Source: Octopus bimaculoides (Eukaryota). Taken from it: a stretch of 64,000 bases of DNA. A program made the position numbers and the translations under genes. Positions 39,297 through 52,600 of this stretch are shown in pieces (position 1 is the stretch's first letter; every line of letters starts with the position of its first letter). The notes below the pieces were generated by a model. That model searched no databases. It was not told the origin of the DNA and worked only from the letters and a program-made list of their open reading frames with translations. The stretch covers positions 11,184,914-11,248,913 of the forward strand of contig NC_068983.1 in assembly GCF_001194135.2 (NCBI RefSeq), written 5' to 3'.

Positions 39297-42200
39297 CATA
39301 TATACGACGGGCTTCTTTCAGTTTCCGTCTACCAAATCCACTCACAAGGCTTTGGTCGGTCCGAGGCTATAGTAGAAGACACTTGTCCAAGGTGCCATGC
39401 TGTGGGACTGAACCCGGAACCGTGTGGTTGGTAAGCAAGTTACTTACCACACAGCCGCTCCTGCTCCACAAAGCTAATGTAAAAATACAATTGTCTCCTC
39501 ACTCACTTTGACTGTTGTGATTTTACATTTTGAGTGATTTCAAATGATTTGATCTCTGAATAAGAATTTGATTTTATTTTTAGATGCTGCATATAAACGA
39601 TACCAAAATCTAAAATTCCATACAAAAACTGAATTGCAAAACAGATGGCGGGAGCTTCTACAAGGAAAGAAAGTACCTGTACGTAAAACCATATTTTTTT
39701 TTTAATCAGTGAACTTCTTTTCCTATTGTGTGTTGTTTGTATGAGAACATGTGTAAGAGAGGCATGTAACATGAAATATGTAAATGGCTCTGAAGATTCA
39801 AGGGAGAAGCCTGTAAGGGTCAGTACTTGCTTCTGATGCTAAGTGGATGCATATGTATGATAATATCATTAATTGATGTTTTATAGGTTTTTAGTGATAT
39901 TAAGTTTGTTTCATCATTGTTAAAGTTTTATCCTTTCTTCATTTATATCCATTTGGTTTATTATTTTCCTCATTGCAGCAACAAAATCGAATTGAAATAA
40001 AATTGGACATAGCAGCCCCTAAAATTATTGTCCCTGAATCATTCTTTGATCAGAATACAACTTTAGTGGTTTTTGACTTGGGTTATCTCAGTTTTCAGAA
40101 TGCTACAACTGGTAGCATAGCAGAGAAAAGTCCCCAGTTTGAAGATCAAGATGGTATGTATTTATATTAAAAACTATTTTTTATTTCTACTGATAAAAAA
40201 AAATGTGTAATTATTTGTAGATTATTTGCAAACTCTATGAGTAGCCATATATTATGAACAAAGTTTGTTCCTGATTACATTAAATTTCCTTCGCTCTAAA
40301 TGTTAGTCTTTGTTTTTCCCTTTTATCAGAGGAATTCTTAACTCCATCACAGTCTCCTCCCAATGAGCTTGAGTTGAGCGAAGAAGTCGTTAGCTGTAGC
40401 CCACAGCCACAGCAACTACCACAGCCAACAGCTGAAAGTATGAACGAAAGTTTCTATGAAAGGTAGGTCACAACATTCTCAATACTTCCAACATTTCACA
40501 TGCTTAGAGTGGCTTGCAAAGCTTTGCTCATTGTTATGATAAACTATTTCAAAGTAATATTGGGATGAGGTGGTGAAGCATGACCTTTGAACATTAGGCT
40601 TCACCGAGGCAATGACTCGTGACCGAGGCCTTTGAAGATACGCTTTTGGTGCAAGGTGGCACCGACCACTTGAAAACGCTGGACGTTTAGGTGAGGTTAT
40701 GATCCATGCATCGAGGGGTTAGCAGCCAATCCCGTAGACGGATGGATTCACCCCCTGGACGCGTGGTCTCGACTATGAAAGTCAGGGCCCTGCTTGCTCC
40801 TTCGCTTGGTTGCTTGAAGTCTTGCAGAAAATTGGTGGTGGCGCTGCCCACTATAAAAACCAGAGCATCCCAATGAGCGCGAGGTCGTTACCAGTGCCAC
40901 TGGACTGGCTCCTGTCCAGGTGGCACGTAAAAAACACCATTTGAGCGTGGCCGTTGCCAGTACCACCTGACTGGCCTTCGTGCGGGTGGCATGTAAAAGC
41001 ACCCACTACACTCTCGGAGTGGTTGGCATTAGGAAGGGCATCCAGTGTAGAAACTCTGCCAAATCAGATTGGAGCCTGGTGTAGCCATCTGGTTCACCAG
41101 TCTTCAGTCAAATCGTCCAACCCATGCTAGCATGGAAAGCAGGCGTTAAACGATGATGATGATGATTGGTTTCAAATTTTGGCAAAGGTCAGCAATTTCA
41201 GGAAAGGAGATAAGTCAATTACATGAATCCCCAGTTCTCAACTGCTACTTATTTTATTGACCCCAAAAGATGAAAGGCAAAGTCAACCTTGGCAGAATTT
41301 GAACTCGGAATGTAAAGACAGATGAAATGCCACTAAGCATTGTCTCCAGCATGCCAATGATTCTTCCAGCTCTCCACCTCATTTCATAGTAATATTGCTT
41401 GAAATGTTCTGCAATTGACCACACATTTTCTTCCTTGTGACTCTCTTCAATGACTGCACCTCTATCAAATATAATCCAAAAGCAAACATTCTCTTTAAAA
41501 ATAGTTAAAGGAACTTATCAAATGTTATTGCCAGAAATGTAAAATATTAATAAAAGCAAATTCAAAGAAAGACACAACATAGAATAGTTGCAGCTGGAGC
41601 ACTTTTGATCATAGTTTTGCTTAGTCAGATTTGACTTGGTACCAAGCAATAATGTAGTTTTATTACTGAAAAATCTTCATACCAGTGTTGTCTTATAATC
41701 TTACTTTCTTTCCATTGTTATTTTAATGAACTCTATTCTGAAGAGCAACTTTGACAGCTGCAGCTCATTCCCGCTTGAAATCATCTGGTCTACTTCTTTC
41801 CTTGCTTATTCCCAGTTGTATTAATTTTGATTGCTTAAACCCCATAATAGACTTTTATTAAATCATTTTATTCCCTGCATTCCTCTTTCAATGTGTATGT
41901 TATTTCTGTTGTGTATCTTAATACATAGATATCAGGTAATTTTGGAAGATTTACAAGTGTTAGTTGGCCAGACTCATGACAACTGGAAAGCTGCCCATTC
42001 TCGAGGTAACACCCGTATCCACTTGCTAGACAAGTTCAGCATTGAGGTACTTTTTGAAAGGTAAGCCTCTCGATTTCAAATAATAAAAAAAAAAAATTTT
42101 AGAAAACAAGAGATATATTTATAGATGTGAGAGTAATTTCTTATTTGAAAATCAATCACTACAAATAATTTATTTTTACTTGAGATCCAGTTTTTCTAAT

Positions 42201-45200
42201 GTTTTCCAATTTTAGTGGATATTAACAAAATTTTATAGCCCATAAAAGATGTTTTAATAGTTCATAAAAATATATTTAACTAAAGTGATTTCAGTAGAAA
42301 TGAAGTCTATGTTGCATCTTGGGAGGGTCATTATGTGAATAATAAATACATGTACTAGTTCTATTTCACTTTTATTATCATTATTAATCAATTACAGAGA
42401 TGTACTTGCATAGCAAGTGACTTGATCTGAGATTGTATGCTGAAACAAAAACAATTGCAGCATGAAAGATGTTTGTAAACCACTCAAGAACATGATGCAG
42501 CTCAAAGTTTTGTCAGTGAACAAGTCGTGGTTTCAAAGCGATGAAAATATTTTGACAGAAATAAAATCTAAATGTTGAAGTGAAACTAACAGTTTTTGTG
42601 TGTTCTTAGATGGCTTACAAACATCTTCCGTGCTGCAATTGTATTTAGTCAATTAGTTGACTATTTAACAGGTTAACTAGTCAGTTATTTGATTAATCAT
42701 TCTGTCAGCTAGGTTTGTCAGAGTTCTTTCATCACGACCTCATCAGTGACATACCTGCTCTATTTCAGGTCTGCTCTAGATTTGTCTGTCTCCTAGTTTA
42801 CAGATTCTATATTTCTATTTATGGGGATATGAGTGAAGATGTCTGTGTGTGTGTGCATGAAAGAGAGAGAGAGAGAGAATGTATGTGTGAGTGTGCTGGT
42901 GTATGTACATGTACACCTTTGGCATGATGTAGATTTTGTAAATGAGATAATGTGTGTGTTTGTGCTTACATGTGTTTGTTGGTGTATGTGTACAGTTTGA
43001 ATTTTGCCAGTACTGCCTGACTGGCCCTTGTGCCGGTGGCATGTAAAAGCACCCACTACACTCTCGGAGTGGTTGGCATTAGGAAGGGCATCCAGCTGTA
43101 GAAACTCTGCCAGATCAGATTGGAGCCTGGTGCAGCCTTCTGGCTTGCCAGTCGTCAGTCAAATTGTCCAACCCATGCTAGCATGGAAAGCAGACGTTAA
43201 ACGATGATGATGTGAGTGGTTAAACATTTATTTATCTATTTATTTTACTCTCAGTGTCTTTGTGAATGAACTGCATGTGTAGAGGGTATATCTGTGTGTT
43301 TGCATGTGTGCATGACCATTCAAGTCTATTTATTTTGGGGATGACACAGATCAAATTTCAGTTTTATAGCTTTCTTCATCTCTTTTTCTCATAGCTCATC
43401 TCATAAATCATGAAAGAAAAAAATATATATGTATTATATTTTAAAAGAAGATTGTCTTTTTACAATAAGTATATATATATCTTTATATTTCAGACGTGTC
43501 ATATTTACCACTGATCCAGAATGGCCCTCTGTTAGGCTCTCGGGAACTTTACCATCACTCACTATTCATGCAGACCAGAAAAAGGTACACACTTATGCTG
43601 GCATATCCTCATTGACAAATGTTATTTAAAGCAACAAACAAACTCCATATCCATACAGCCATTTATATATATATATATATAGGCGTGGCTATGTGGTAAG
43701 TACAGGTTTCTCAGGTGCTTTGTGAGGATATTGAAGAGCTGTGGACCTCTGAAGCCCAGGCTATTGCAGTATCTTGTCCTATATCTTGATGGCAAATTTG
43801 GAGTCTTTGGCACTATGCAGTGGCGCCCAGTTCTAGTATTTGTGTAACTTTCGATGCCAAAGCTTGGGACAAGTCCTTCGAGGATCTTCCGGATGTATAT
43901 TATGGCATATCTTTCTTGCCTACGCTCTAAGGAATAGTCTTAATCTCTTGAGTCTTTCCCAATAGCTTATATGCTGCATAGAGGCTATCTTCTTCGTGTA
44001 GCTTTGTCGGATTGCCTCAAGTTCTGAGATTAATTTGACACTGGTTGGTGACCATAGCTGAGAGCAATAGTCAAAATGGTGTAGGACAAGTGTCCTCCAG
44101 AAGATGATAATGTTAGGAGCCTTGATATTATCTGTTTTAAAGTTAACTCATTTTTGCAACAGTACAGGTTAAGTATCAATGTCTATTTATATATATCTTC
44201 TTGTCTATCCGTTTGTCAGTGTGGTTTCTATTTTGTATTTTCTCTTATTCCTCTATGATTTTATACATTTTAGGTGAAAGCCTTGAGTACTTGTATGAAT
44301 CAGCTGTCATCACTTCATAAAACACAAAAACCAAAATTGAAGTCTACAGTCAGTATTTACCAAAGTATGGACATGGATGCAGCTGACCCGAATATTTCCA
44401 GTGCTTCGTATAGCAAGTATGATCAATATTGTTTTGTTTTAACTTCTAACTCACTTGGGCAGATGTCTTCCACTATAGCTCTGGGTTGAACAAAGCCTTG
44501 TGAGTGGATTTGGTATAAAGAAACTGAAAGAAGCTTATATACATGTGTGTGTAGTGTCTTTTTGCCTTGACATCATGTGATAGTTGTAAACTAGCATCAA
44601 CATCATAGAACTAGTATCCATCATATCCAATCTTGTGTAAAAATATGTCCAATGATGGGGAATTATTACCTTACTTGGAAACAAGTGAGGGTTGGTAGCA
44701 GAAAAAGCATCCAGCTATTGAAAATCTACCCCAGTGAATTTTGTCTAACCTATGTGATATGGAAAAGAGGACATTAAAATGACGAAGATGACATATATAT
44801 GTATGTTTGTTATTCATTTTACCATGCTGACATGAGCTGGATGGAGACTTATTTGAGGTAGAATTATGCAGCTAAATGCTTTCGTGTTGCTAATTCTTAC
44901 CATACAGTCATGAATGTACCTACATGTGTGTGTGTTTTGCTAATATATGTCAACTAATAATTAATCTTCTCAGAATAGTCCTTTACAATACTTGTTCTGC
45001 ATTGTTACAAATAATCTCTTGTCATTCTCACTATCAAAAATGCAGTGATTTAGTACCGTCTGTAATGGTGATTTATTGATGACCAATGGTGTTTTTTACG
45101 TGCCATCTGCACAGGAGCCAGTCCAACGGCACTGGCAACAACCTCGCTCGAATGTTCTTTCACGTGCCAGTAAGGCGACACTGGTAACGATCACGCTCAA

Positions 45201-48200
45201 ATGGTGCTTTTTACGTGCCACTGGCACGGAAGCCAGACAGCTGCTCTGGCAATGATCATGCTCGGATGGTGCTGGTTCAATTTCATTTAGTAAATAGATA
45301 TACTGTCATCAATTAATTATATATACTTCATGCTCTTGTAAGAAGTGCTTTATGTCTCAGAAAGAAGTTAATGTTCAAATACTGCCAGGTCAAATTAATT
45401 TCTTCTTTTCACCAGCAGTAAGTATGAAAATAACAGCAGCAAAATAATGACAGTGATATTATTATCATCATCATCTTTGTTTAACATCCACTTTTCCATA
45501 CTTGCATGGGTTAGACAAAATTTCTGTTGCCAACCCATATCTATTCTGAAGCAAGATATTTTCCCATTGTCAGGTGATGTTTATTTACAACCATCATGTA
45601 ATATCTAGAAATATCTAGGAAAGAGCGTGCACGCACACACACACTGGTCTTCTTTCAGTTTCCGCCTGTCGAAGCTTTGGTTGCCCTGGGGCTATAGTAG
45701 AAGACACTTTCCCAAGGTGTTGTGCAGTGGGACTGAACTCAAGACCACATGGTTGGGAAGCAAGCTTCTTAATCAGGTAATCTAACTTACATCTTGTAAA
45801 ATTTTCTTCTCGTTTTTTTATTACAGTGTGCCACCTTCTGAAAAAGAGAAGCAACAGCAAAGCAAGATGATGGAAGCATCTGTTTTACTAGAAGCAGAGT
45901 TTTCTGTCAATAAATTATCACTGGAAATTAATAGCCGAGGTAATTATAATAATTTGTCTTTTATCTTCTGCTTATTTCAGTCATTAGACTGTGGTCATGG
46001 TGGGACACCACCTTGAAATGTTTTAATCAACAAATCACCCCCAGTACTTACTATTAAAAGAAATCATTACTATCATTATTATTATTATTTTTTTTTTTTC
46101 AAAGTCTGGTATCTATTTTTTTTTTTGTCTCTTTTGCCGACCTGCTAAGTTACAGAGATATAATCTAACCAACACTGGTTATCAGATGGTGGTGTTTGAC
46201 AAATATAGACACAATCACACACACATACACACACAATGGGTTTCAACACAGTTTCCATCCACGAAATTCACTATAGCAGAAGACACTTGGCTAAGGTGCT
46301 GCACAGTGGAACTGAACCCAAAACCCCGTGGTTGCAGAATGAACTTAACTATAGAGCCATGCCTGAATTTACTGCATTTTTTTACCTTAAAAAATATGGT
46401 GCTAATTATTTCATTGGGTTAGTGATAGTTGTAATTTAAAATACACATGCGTTATTTTTTTTATATTCACTCATGTTTTAATGTTACTCTTTTTACAATT
46501 GCATATGATAACAATAATGACTTGTAACATGTGATTCAGGGTCACAAATTAGTGGGAAAGTGCACAACCAATTAAATTTAGATCACTGTTGTTGGCACTC
46601 CGTCACTTACGAAGTCGAGGGTTCCAGTTGATCAGATCAGCGGAACAGCCTGCTCGTGAAATTAACGTGCAAGTGGCTGAGCACTCCACAGACACGTGTA
46701 CCCTTAACGTAGTTCTCGGGGGATATTCAGTGTGACACAGTGTGACAAGGCTGACCCTTTGAATTACAGGCACAACAGAAACAGGAAGAAAGAGTGAGAG
46801 AAAGTTGTGGTGAAAGAGTACAGCAGGGTTCGCCACCATCCCCTGCCGGAGCCTCGTGGAGCTTTAGGTGTTTTCGTTCAATAAACACTCACAACACCCG
46901 GTCTGGGAATTGAAACTGCGATCCTATGACCACGAGTCCGCTGCCCTAACCAAAACATGTGCTACAATTAAATACCTGAGTGTATATTATCCAGCACTTT
47001 ACCACTTCTGCCATTTACCGTCTCCCTAGTAGTGATTTCTACCTTAGGCATAAGACTACAGATTTAAGGAAGAAAAAAATTAAATTGACCCTGATAGGTG
47101 ATTGTCATTTATTTATATAACTCATAAATGATGAAATACAAAGTCAACCTGATAATGATCATGCATGTGTGTTTGTGTGTGTATGTAGCTGTTATGTGCT
47201 CTATTAAATTAGTCTCCAGTTCTGTATCATATTTAATGTAAACACATCATTGAAAGGTACATTTACTGCATTATTCCTATGGCAATGACATCTCTTATGG
47301 ATATGTTGTCTCATGGACGCTCTAATTACTTTGTGCATCTAATGATTGCTCTCAATTGCATAAATAACCCCCATATGTTATTGCTCACTTTTGTTATTTT
47401 TATTCAACAATAGTATATATTATTACTATTATTTTTTGTTTTATATGTGTAGAGCATTTAATAATAATATAAAATCAGGTGGCAAGCTGGTAGAGTCATT
47501 AGCATGCCAGGCAAAATGCTTAAGCAACATTTTGTCTGTCTTTATGTTCTAAGTTACTATTTTAAATATTTTCTTGTGCTTTTTTATTTCATTTCAAGGT
47601 CGACCTATTACTGAACTCCAAGTAGATCATGTCCAAGGGCGACTAGTGAAAAAATACAAGGAAATGACCACCACACTTACAGTACATAGTTTACTGCTTG
47701 TTGATGGACTACAGACATTTGGCAAAGATTATGAATTGCTTGCAGCTTCTCACAAAAATTTGTCGTAAGTAATGCAGCCTTTTATTATAGAGGTTTGTCT
47801 ACATACATCATTGTCATCTTCATCATCTTGCATCCATTTTTCCATATTTGTATAAGTTGCATATGTCTTCTCTAGCAGAACATCGCATTACTTGTTGTGT
47901 CCACTTGTCATCTCTTTCTTCTTGTTCAGCATCTCTGACTGTCTATCTGCTTCTCTTTCTATATATATTTACATTAAAAGCACTCACTACACTCTCCGAG
48001 TGGTTGGCATTAGGAAGGGCATCCAGCTGTAGAAACTCTGCCAGATCAGATTGGAGCCTGGTGTAGCCACCTGGTTCCCCAGTCCTCAGTCAAATCATCC
48101 AACCCATGCTAGCATGGAAAGCGGACGTTAAATGATGATGATGTACAGAATGAGATGATTGTATGTGACTGTTTGGGCACTGGTGATTTGGTATTACTGA

Positions 48201-49566
48201 CTGGTCATTGAACCTGTTTTGGTGGCAGTACTTCTTCGCTCGGGAGGCAAACACACATACACAGAAATATACACATACAGTTAAAGAGAGTGAGGGAGAG
48301 AACAAGAGAAACAGTGACACGTCTGAAGTTGAGTCAGTGTCAGATCAGCAATGCGAAATACATAGGGCAACAACAGCTGTGCCAAAACGTCTCACACACA
48401 CATTTGCACATACATAATACACACACACACACACACATATTTACACATGCATAATACACACACACAGACGTGTGTCTATATACATAGGTATTGTACAATA
48501 TATTTGTGTGTAACTGTTGATGTTTAATTTTTATTTTAGAATGGACAGCCAGAGTGGAAAGCTTCGAGGATCAGAATCTCAAACTGAGCTGAGGCCATCA
48601 CCAGTGTCTTCTTCGTCTGGTATATAAACATAATTGATTTCCTTTCGACACAATATTAATAATTTGTTTTAGTTCATTACAGTGTCCTTAGTTGTAATAA
48701 TTTCCTGTAAAAATAGGGAAACAGTGGTAATAAACACAGAGGCATACTTCTACTACTACTACTACTACTACTACTACTTGGCCTTCTGCTCAAACCATGT
48801 TGTAGGTATTGTCTTGTACCTGAAGCAAAGCACAGCATTGTGCTTTAGACATTTTGTTTTACAGTTAATTTGTTTATGGTAACAAAGGTATCCTTCAAGT
48901 AAATAATAAACTGGTTTGCCAGGACATAGATATCAATATTTACTAAATGTCATATCACTCATGTTCACATGGTATAATGGATACAAAACCTGGAAAAAAA
49001 GCAGAAATGCAGTTATTAAGACAGCGTTTATATCTATTTTATTAGAAATCTTAACTTTTTCTAAACTATAATACTATTTTGATTAAGCTCTATGAATGTA
49101 TCGTATTTAAAAATAAACAATATTTTGAAGTACTTTTTTTTCACTAATTTGATTGTTGTTCATTTGTAGCTCTTTCAGATCACCGTGATGAAGGTGGTCA
49201 AGGAATATCACAAAAAGAGGAGGCTCTTATTACCCTACATATTCAGGTAATTGCCTCCAACAGCCCAAATAACCCCACCAATGAAAAAGTGTTGAAGGCA
49301 GATATTCAGTTCAACAGTCTGGATGTCATTGGTGAGTTCAAACTTCTGATGGAACTTCAGTAATTTTGTGTTATCTTTGCCTTCATCTTTGAAATGTCCT
49401 GCCTGAAATATTTTATTATTTATGTGCCCTTTTAAAGTTTTAGGTGTTCCATGGTCATATTTTAATTGCCTTGATAACTGAAGAGATGCCGGTGCAGGTT
49501 TCTGCTCTGACATCCGAAACTCAGAGTTTTATTATGGCACCAAATAATTGTCACATATTATATTAC

Positions 49567-49627
<61 letters not shown>

Positions 49628-52600
49628 TTTAATGATTTTTATTCTTTTTTATATTTTCAACTTTACTTTGCAGCCAATCAAGAAACTTTGACAGAAATAA
49701 TGAGCTTTTTCCATAGCACTATGAAAGACATGTCAAAAAAATCCGTTCGATCTCCAAATCATTCATCTTCTAAAGACCAAAATGACGATTCCAAAAATGC
49801 GGATTTACAAAAATCCATATCTGCAGTCCCTCAGGTAAGTAGTTATTACTGAATTTTAATGGGGACAGTGGCACCGACCTATGAAAGAGCTAATACTTCT
49901 GATAATCCCCACTTCTCAGAAACTTTAAAGAGTGTAATTCTGTGTGTGTGTGTGTGCACATGCACGCAAGTGCATAATTAAGAACCTTCTTCCTATGTAA
50001 TCTCAGGTTCAGTCCCACTGTGCAGCACTCTTCTGCTATAACCCTGGGCCAACTATAGCCTTTTGAGTGGATTTGATTGATGGAAACTAAAAGAGCCCAT
50101 CATGTATGTACCTATATGTGTGTGTTTGGGTACCCTTGTCTGGACATCGTGTGGTGGTTGTAAACAAGCATGACCGTCATACCGGATGATGCTCATTTCC
50201 GGTTTTCCATGGAAAATACATGTCTGGTGACAGGGTATATTACATTGTTTGGAGGCGAAAGGAAGGGTATCTAGCCATAGAGAAAATACACCTTAGCAAA
50301 TCCTGCATGACCCATGCAAGCATGGAAAAGTGGATGTTTGATGGCATGGAGTGGGGGAGCTGGTATCCATGGACGACTGCTGGTCTTCCATAAACAACTT
50401 TTCCTGGGTTTATGCCTTGGAGGGGAACTTTCTAGGTGTAGTCCCATTGTCATTCTTGACTGAGGTGGGTATTTACCCTTTATAGATAAATATGTTGCTT
50501 GGAAAGAGGTGAGGGTTGGCTACAGGAAGGGCATCAGGCTGTTAATGATCTGCTTCAGCCAAATTCCATCTGACCCAATCAAGCATGGAAAAGTGAATGT
50601 TAAATGACGATGATGATGATGATGATGATCTGTGTGTATGCATGTATGGTTATACATTTGTATATTTCAAACTTTATCTTTTTTCATTACAGAGTATCTC
50701 AGGTATGTGCATTGGTGTTACAGCTGATTTTCATCGCTTAAACATCCTGCTGGTTCATCTTGAAGACTCTGTCTCTGGCCGGAATGCCAGAAAGGTGGCC
50801 ACTATTACCATGTCCAATGCACAAATCAATGCTCGCATAAGTAAGTAAATTATGTTGTCATTCTTTAACTCTTATTTTTCTCTCTTATAATTTTTAATTT
50901 ACTTGTTTGTGTTGTAGTAATAATAGTAGTAGTAGTAGTAGTAGTAGTAGAATGTAAATATTTAATTTTGGTTTTCTTTTTGCAGGTGAAAAACTCGAGG
51001 TTGCTGGTTCACTAGAAGGATTTCACATTGTAAATGTAATGCCCGAAGCCCACAAACACCAATATCTATTACAAGTTGGCAAGTTGTCAACACTTCCAAG
51101 TTTCCAAAGTAATTCTGACATGGTTCAGGTGTACAGCTCAAATCAGAAGAAATCCTGTCAATGGGGACCTGAGATCTTAGATAACAACTCTAGGAACAGC
51201 TATGCATTAACCTTCCAACTCGAGAGATACCTGGGACATGCTGCTTTACTTTCTTCTTCTTTTCCACTTCTTCCAATTAATGAAAGCCTTATCTATACAG
51301 TTAACGGCAGCTCTGCAGTTTCTGAGAAGGACGTTGCTGTAAAGATCAGGATGGCATCAGTCATTTACATCCACTCTCCACTGTTCTTAAGAGAGCTGTC
51401 TGAATGTCTTTCCAGCTTCAAAGACTATACTTCAAATGTAGCTTCTTCAATAAAGCACGCTGCAAAAGAAGTTGCCAAAGGTCTTGTAGCTAAGCGTATG
51501 GAAACAGCCAGTGGAAATTTCCCTGGAGGAAACAACAGTAGCAATGATTACATTCATTCTCCACCCAATCAGCGTAAATCTGAAAGCCAGTCCTTAGAGA
51601 TGAATGACTTCTTCCCCCCAGATATGTCCTACAGTGAAGAGCAGTTCATGACTGGTTCGTTAACAGCTTCCCCACCAGAAGAGCTCAAGATTAATATTGA
51701 TATGCAAATTGAAACTCCAATTGTGTTTCTACCTCGAAAGCAAACCAGTTCAGAAGTTCTAATGGCTTGCCTTGGAGAAATCTCCATCAAAAATATGCCT
51801 GCTGAGTCAATTACAAAGAAAGATGTCAAGGACTGCATTAGTATTCATGTTGACAAGATGAGTTTGTATGCATTGAATTTAACAACATTCAATATTTATG
51901 AGCGTGTATTTGACTATCGTGGACTTGACATTGAACGCCTGTTCAAGGATGATCAGTTTCGTAAATGCAACCCAGTTCTGTATGATACAAATATAGAAAT
52001 AACCCTCCATGTACTTGAGTATGACATCACATGCCGGTCACCTTGCTCACCTGGTATGGAAGAAAGCACACCTTTCAAATCTCATTCATTCACCTCGGCC
52101 TTCACGTACATCATCCCAAATGACACTGATGACAAAAAATCTTCTCCAGCACCTTCCCAGTCATTATCTGTTAATATTGTCATTGCAACACCATGTAAAC
52201 TTGTTCTTTCTAAAGCTGTCTATGAACAGATTCTTGAAACTCGCCACAACTTAACATTAAGTGGCATAAATGAAGAAACAGTTACTTTCTCAATTTCCAG
52301 TGAAGGTGACAATAATTCATCATATTTACCAGGTAAGTAAAGATACTGTACTTATCGAGAGAGTGGGTGGAGAGTAATATCTTTTTTTTAATTTTTTCCT
52401 TTTTAGAGTTACGGGAATTTAGTGGTTCATATCAATAGCTTTGAACTCTTAGCATGTTAGTTGATTGTATTACATATATCTGTCAACCCTATTTCCTGGT
52501 GAGAATAAAGTTTCTCTGGCCTGTGTTATCACCTCATTAGTAGACAATTAAATGGCTGATTAGTTTCCTGAAATTTGTATTGATTAAGTTATTCACATCA

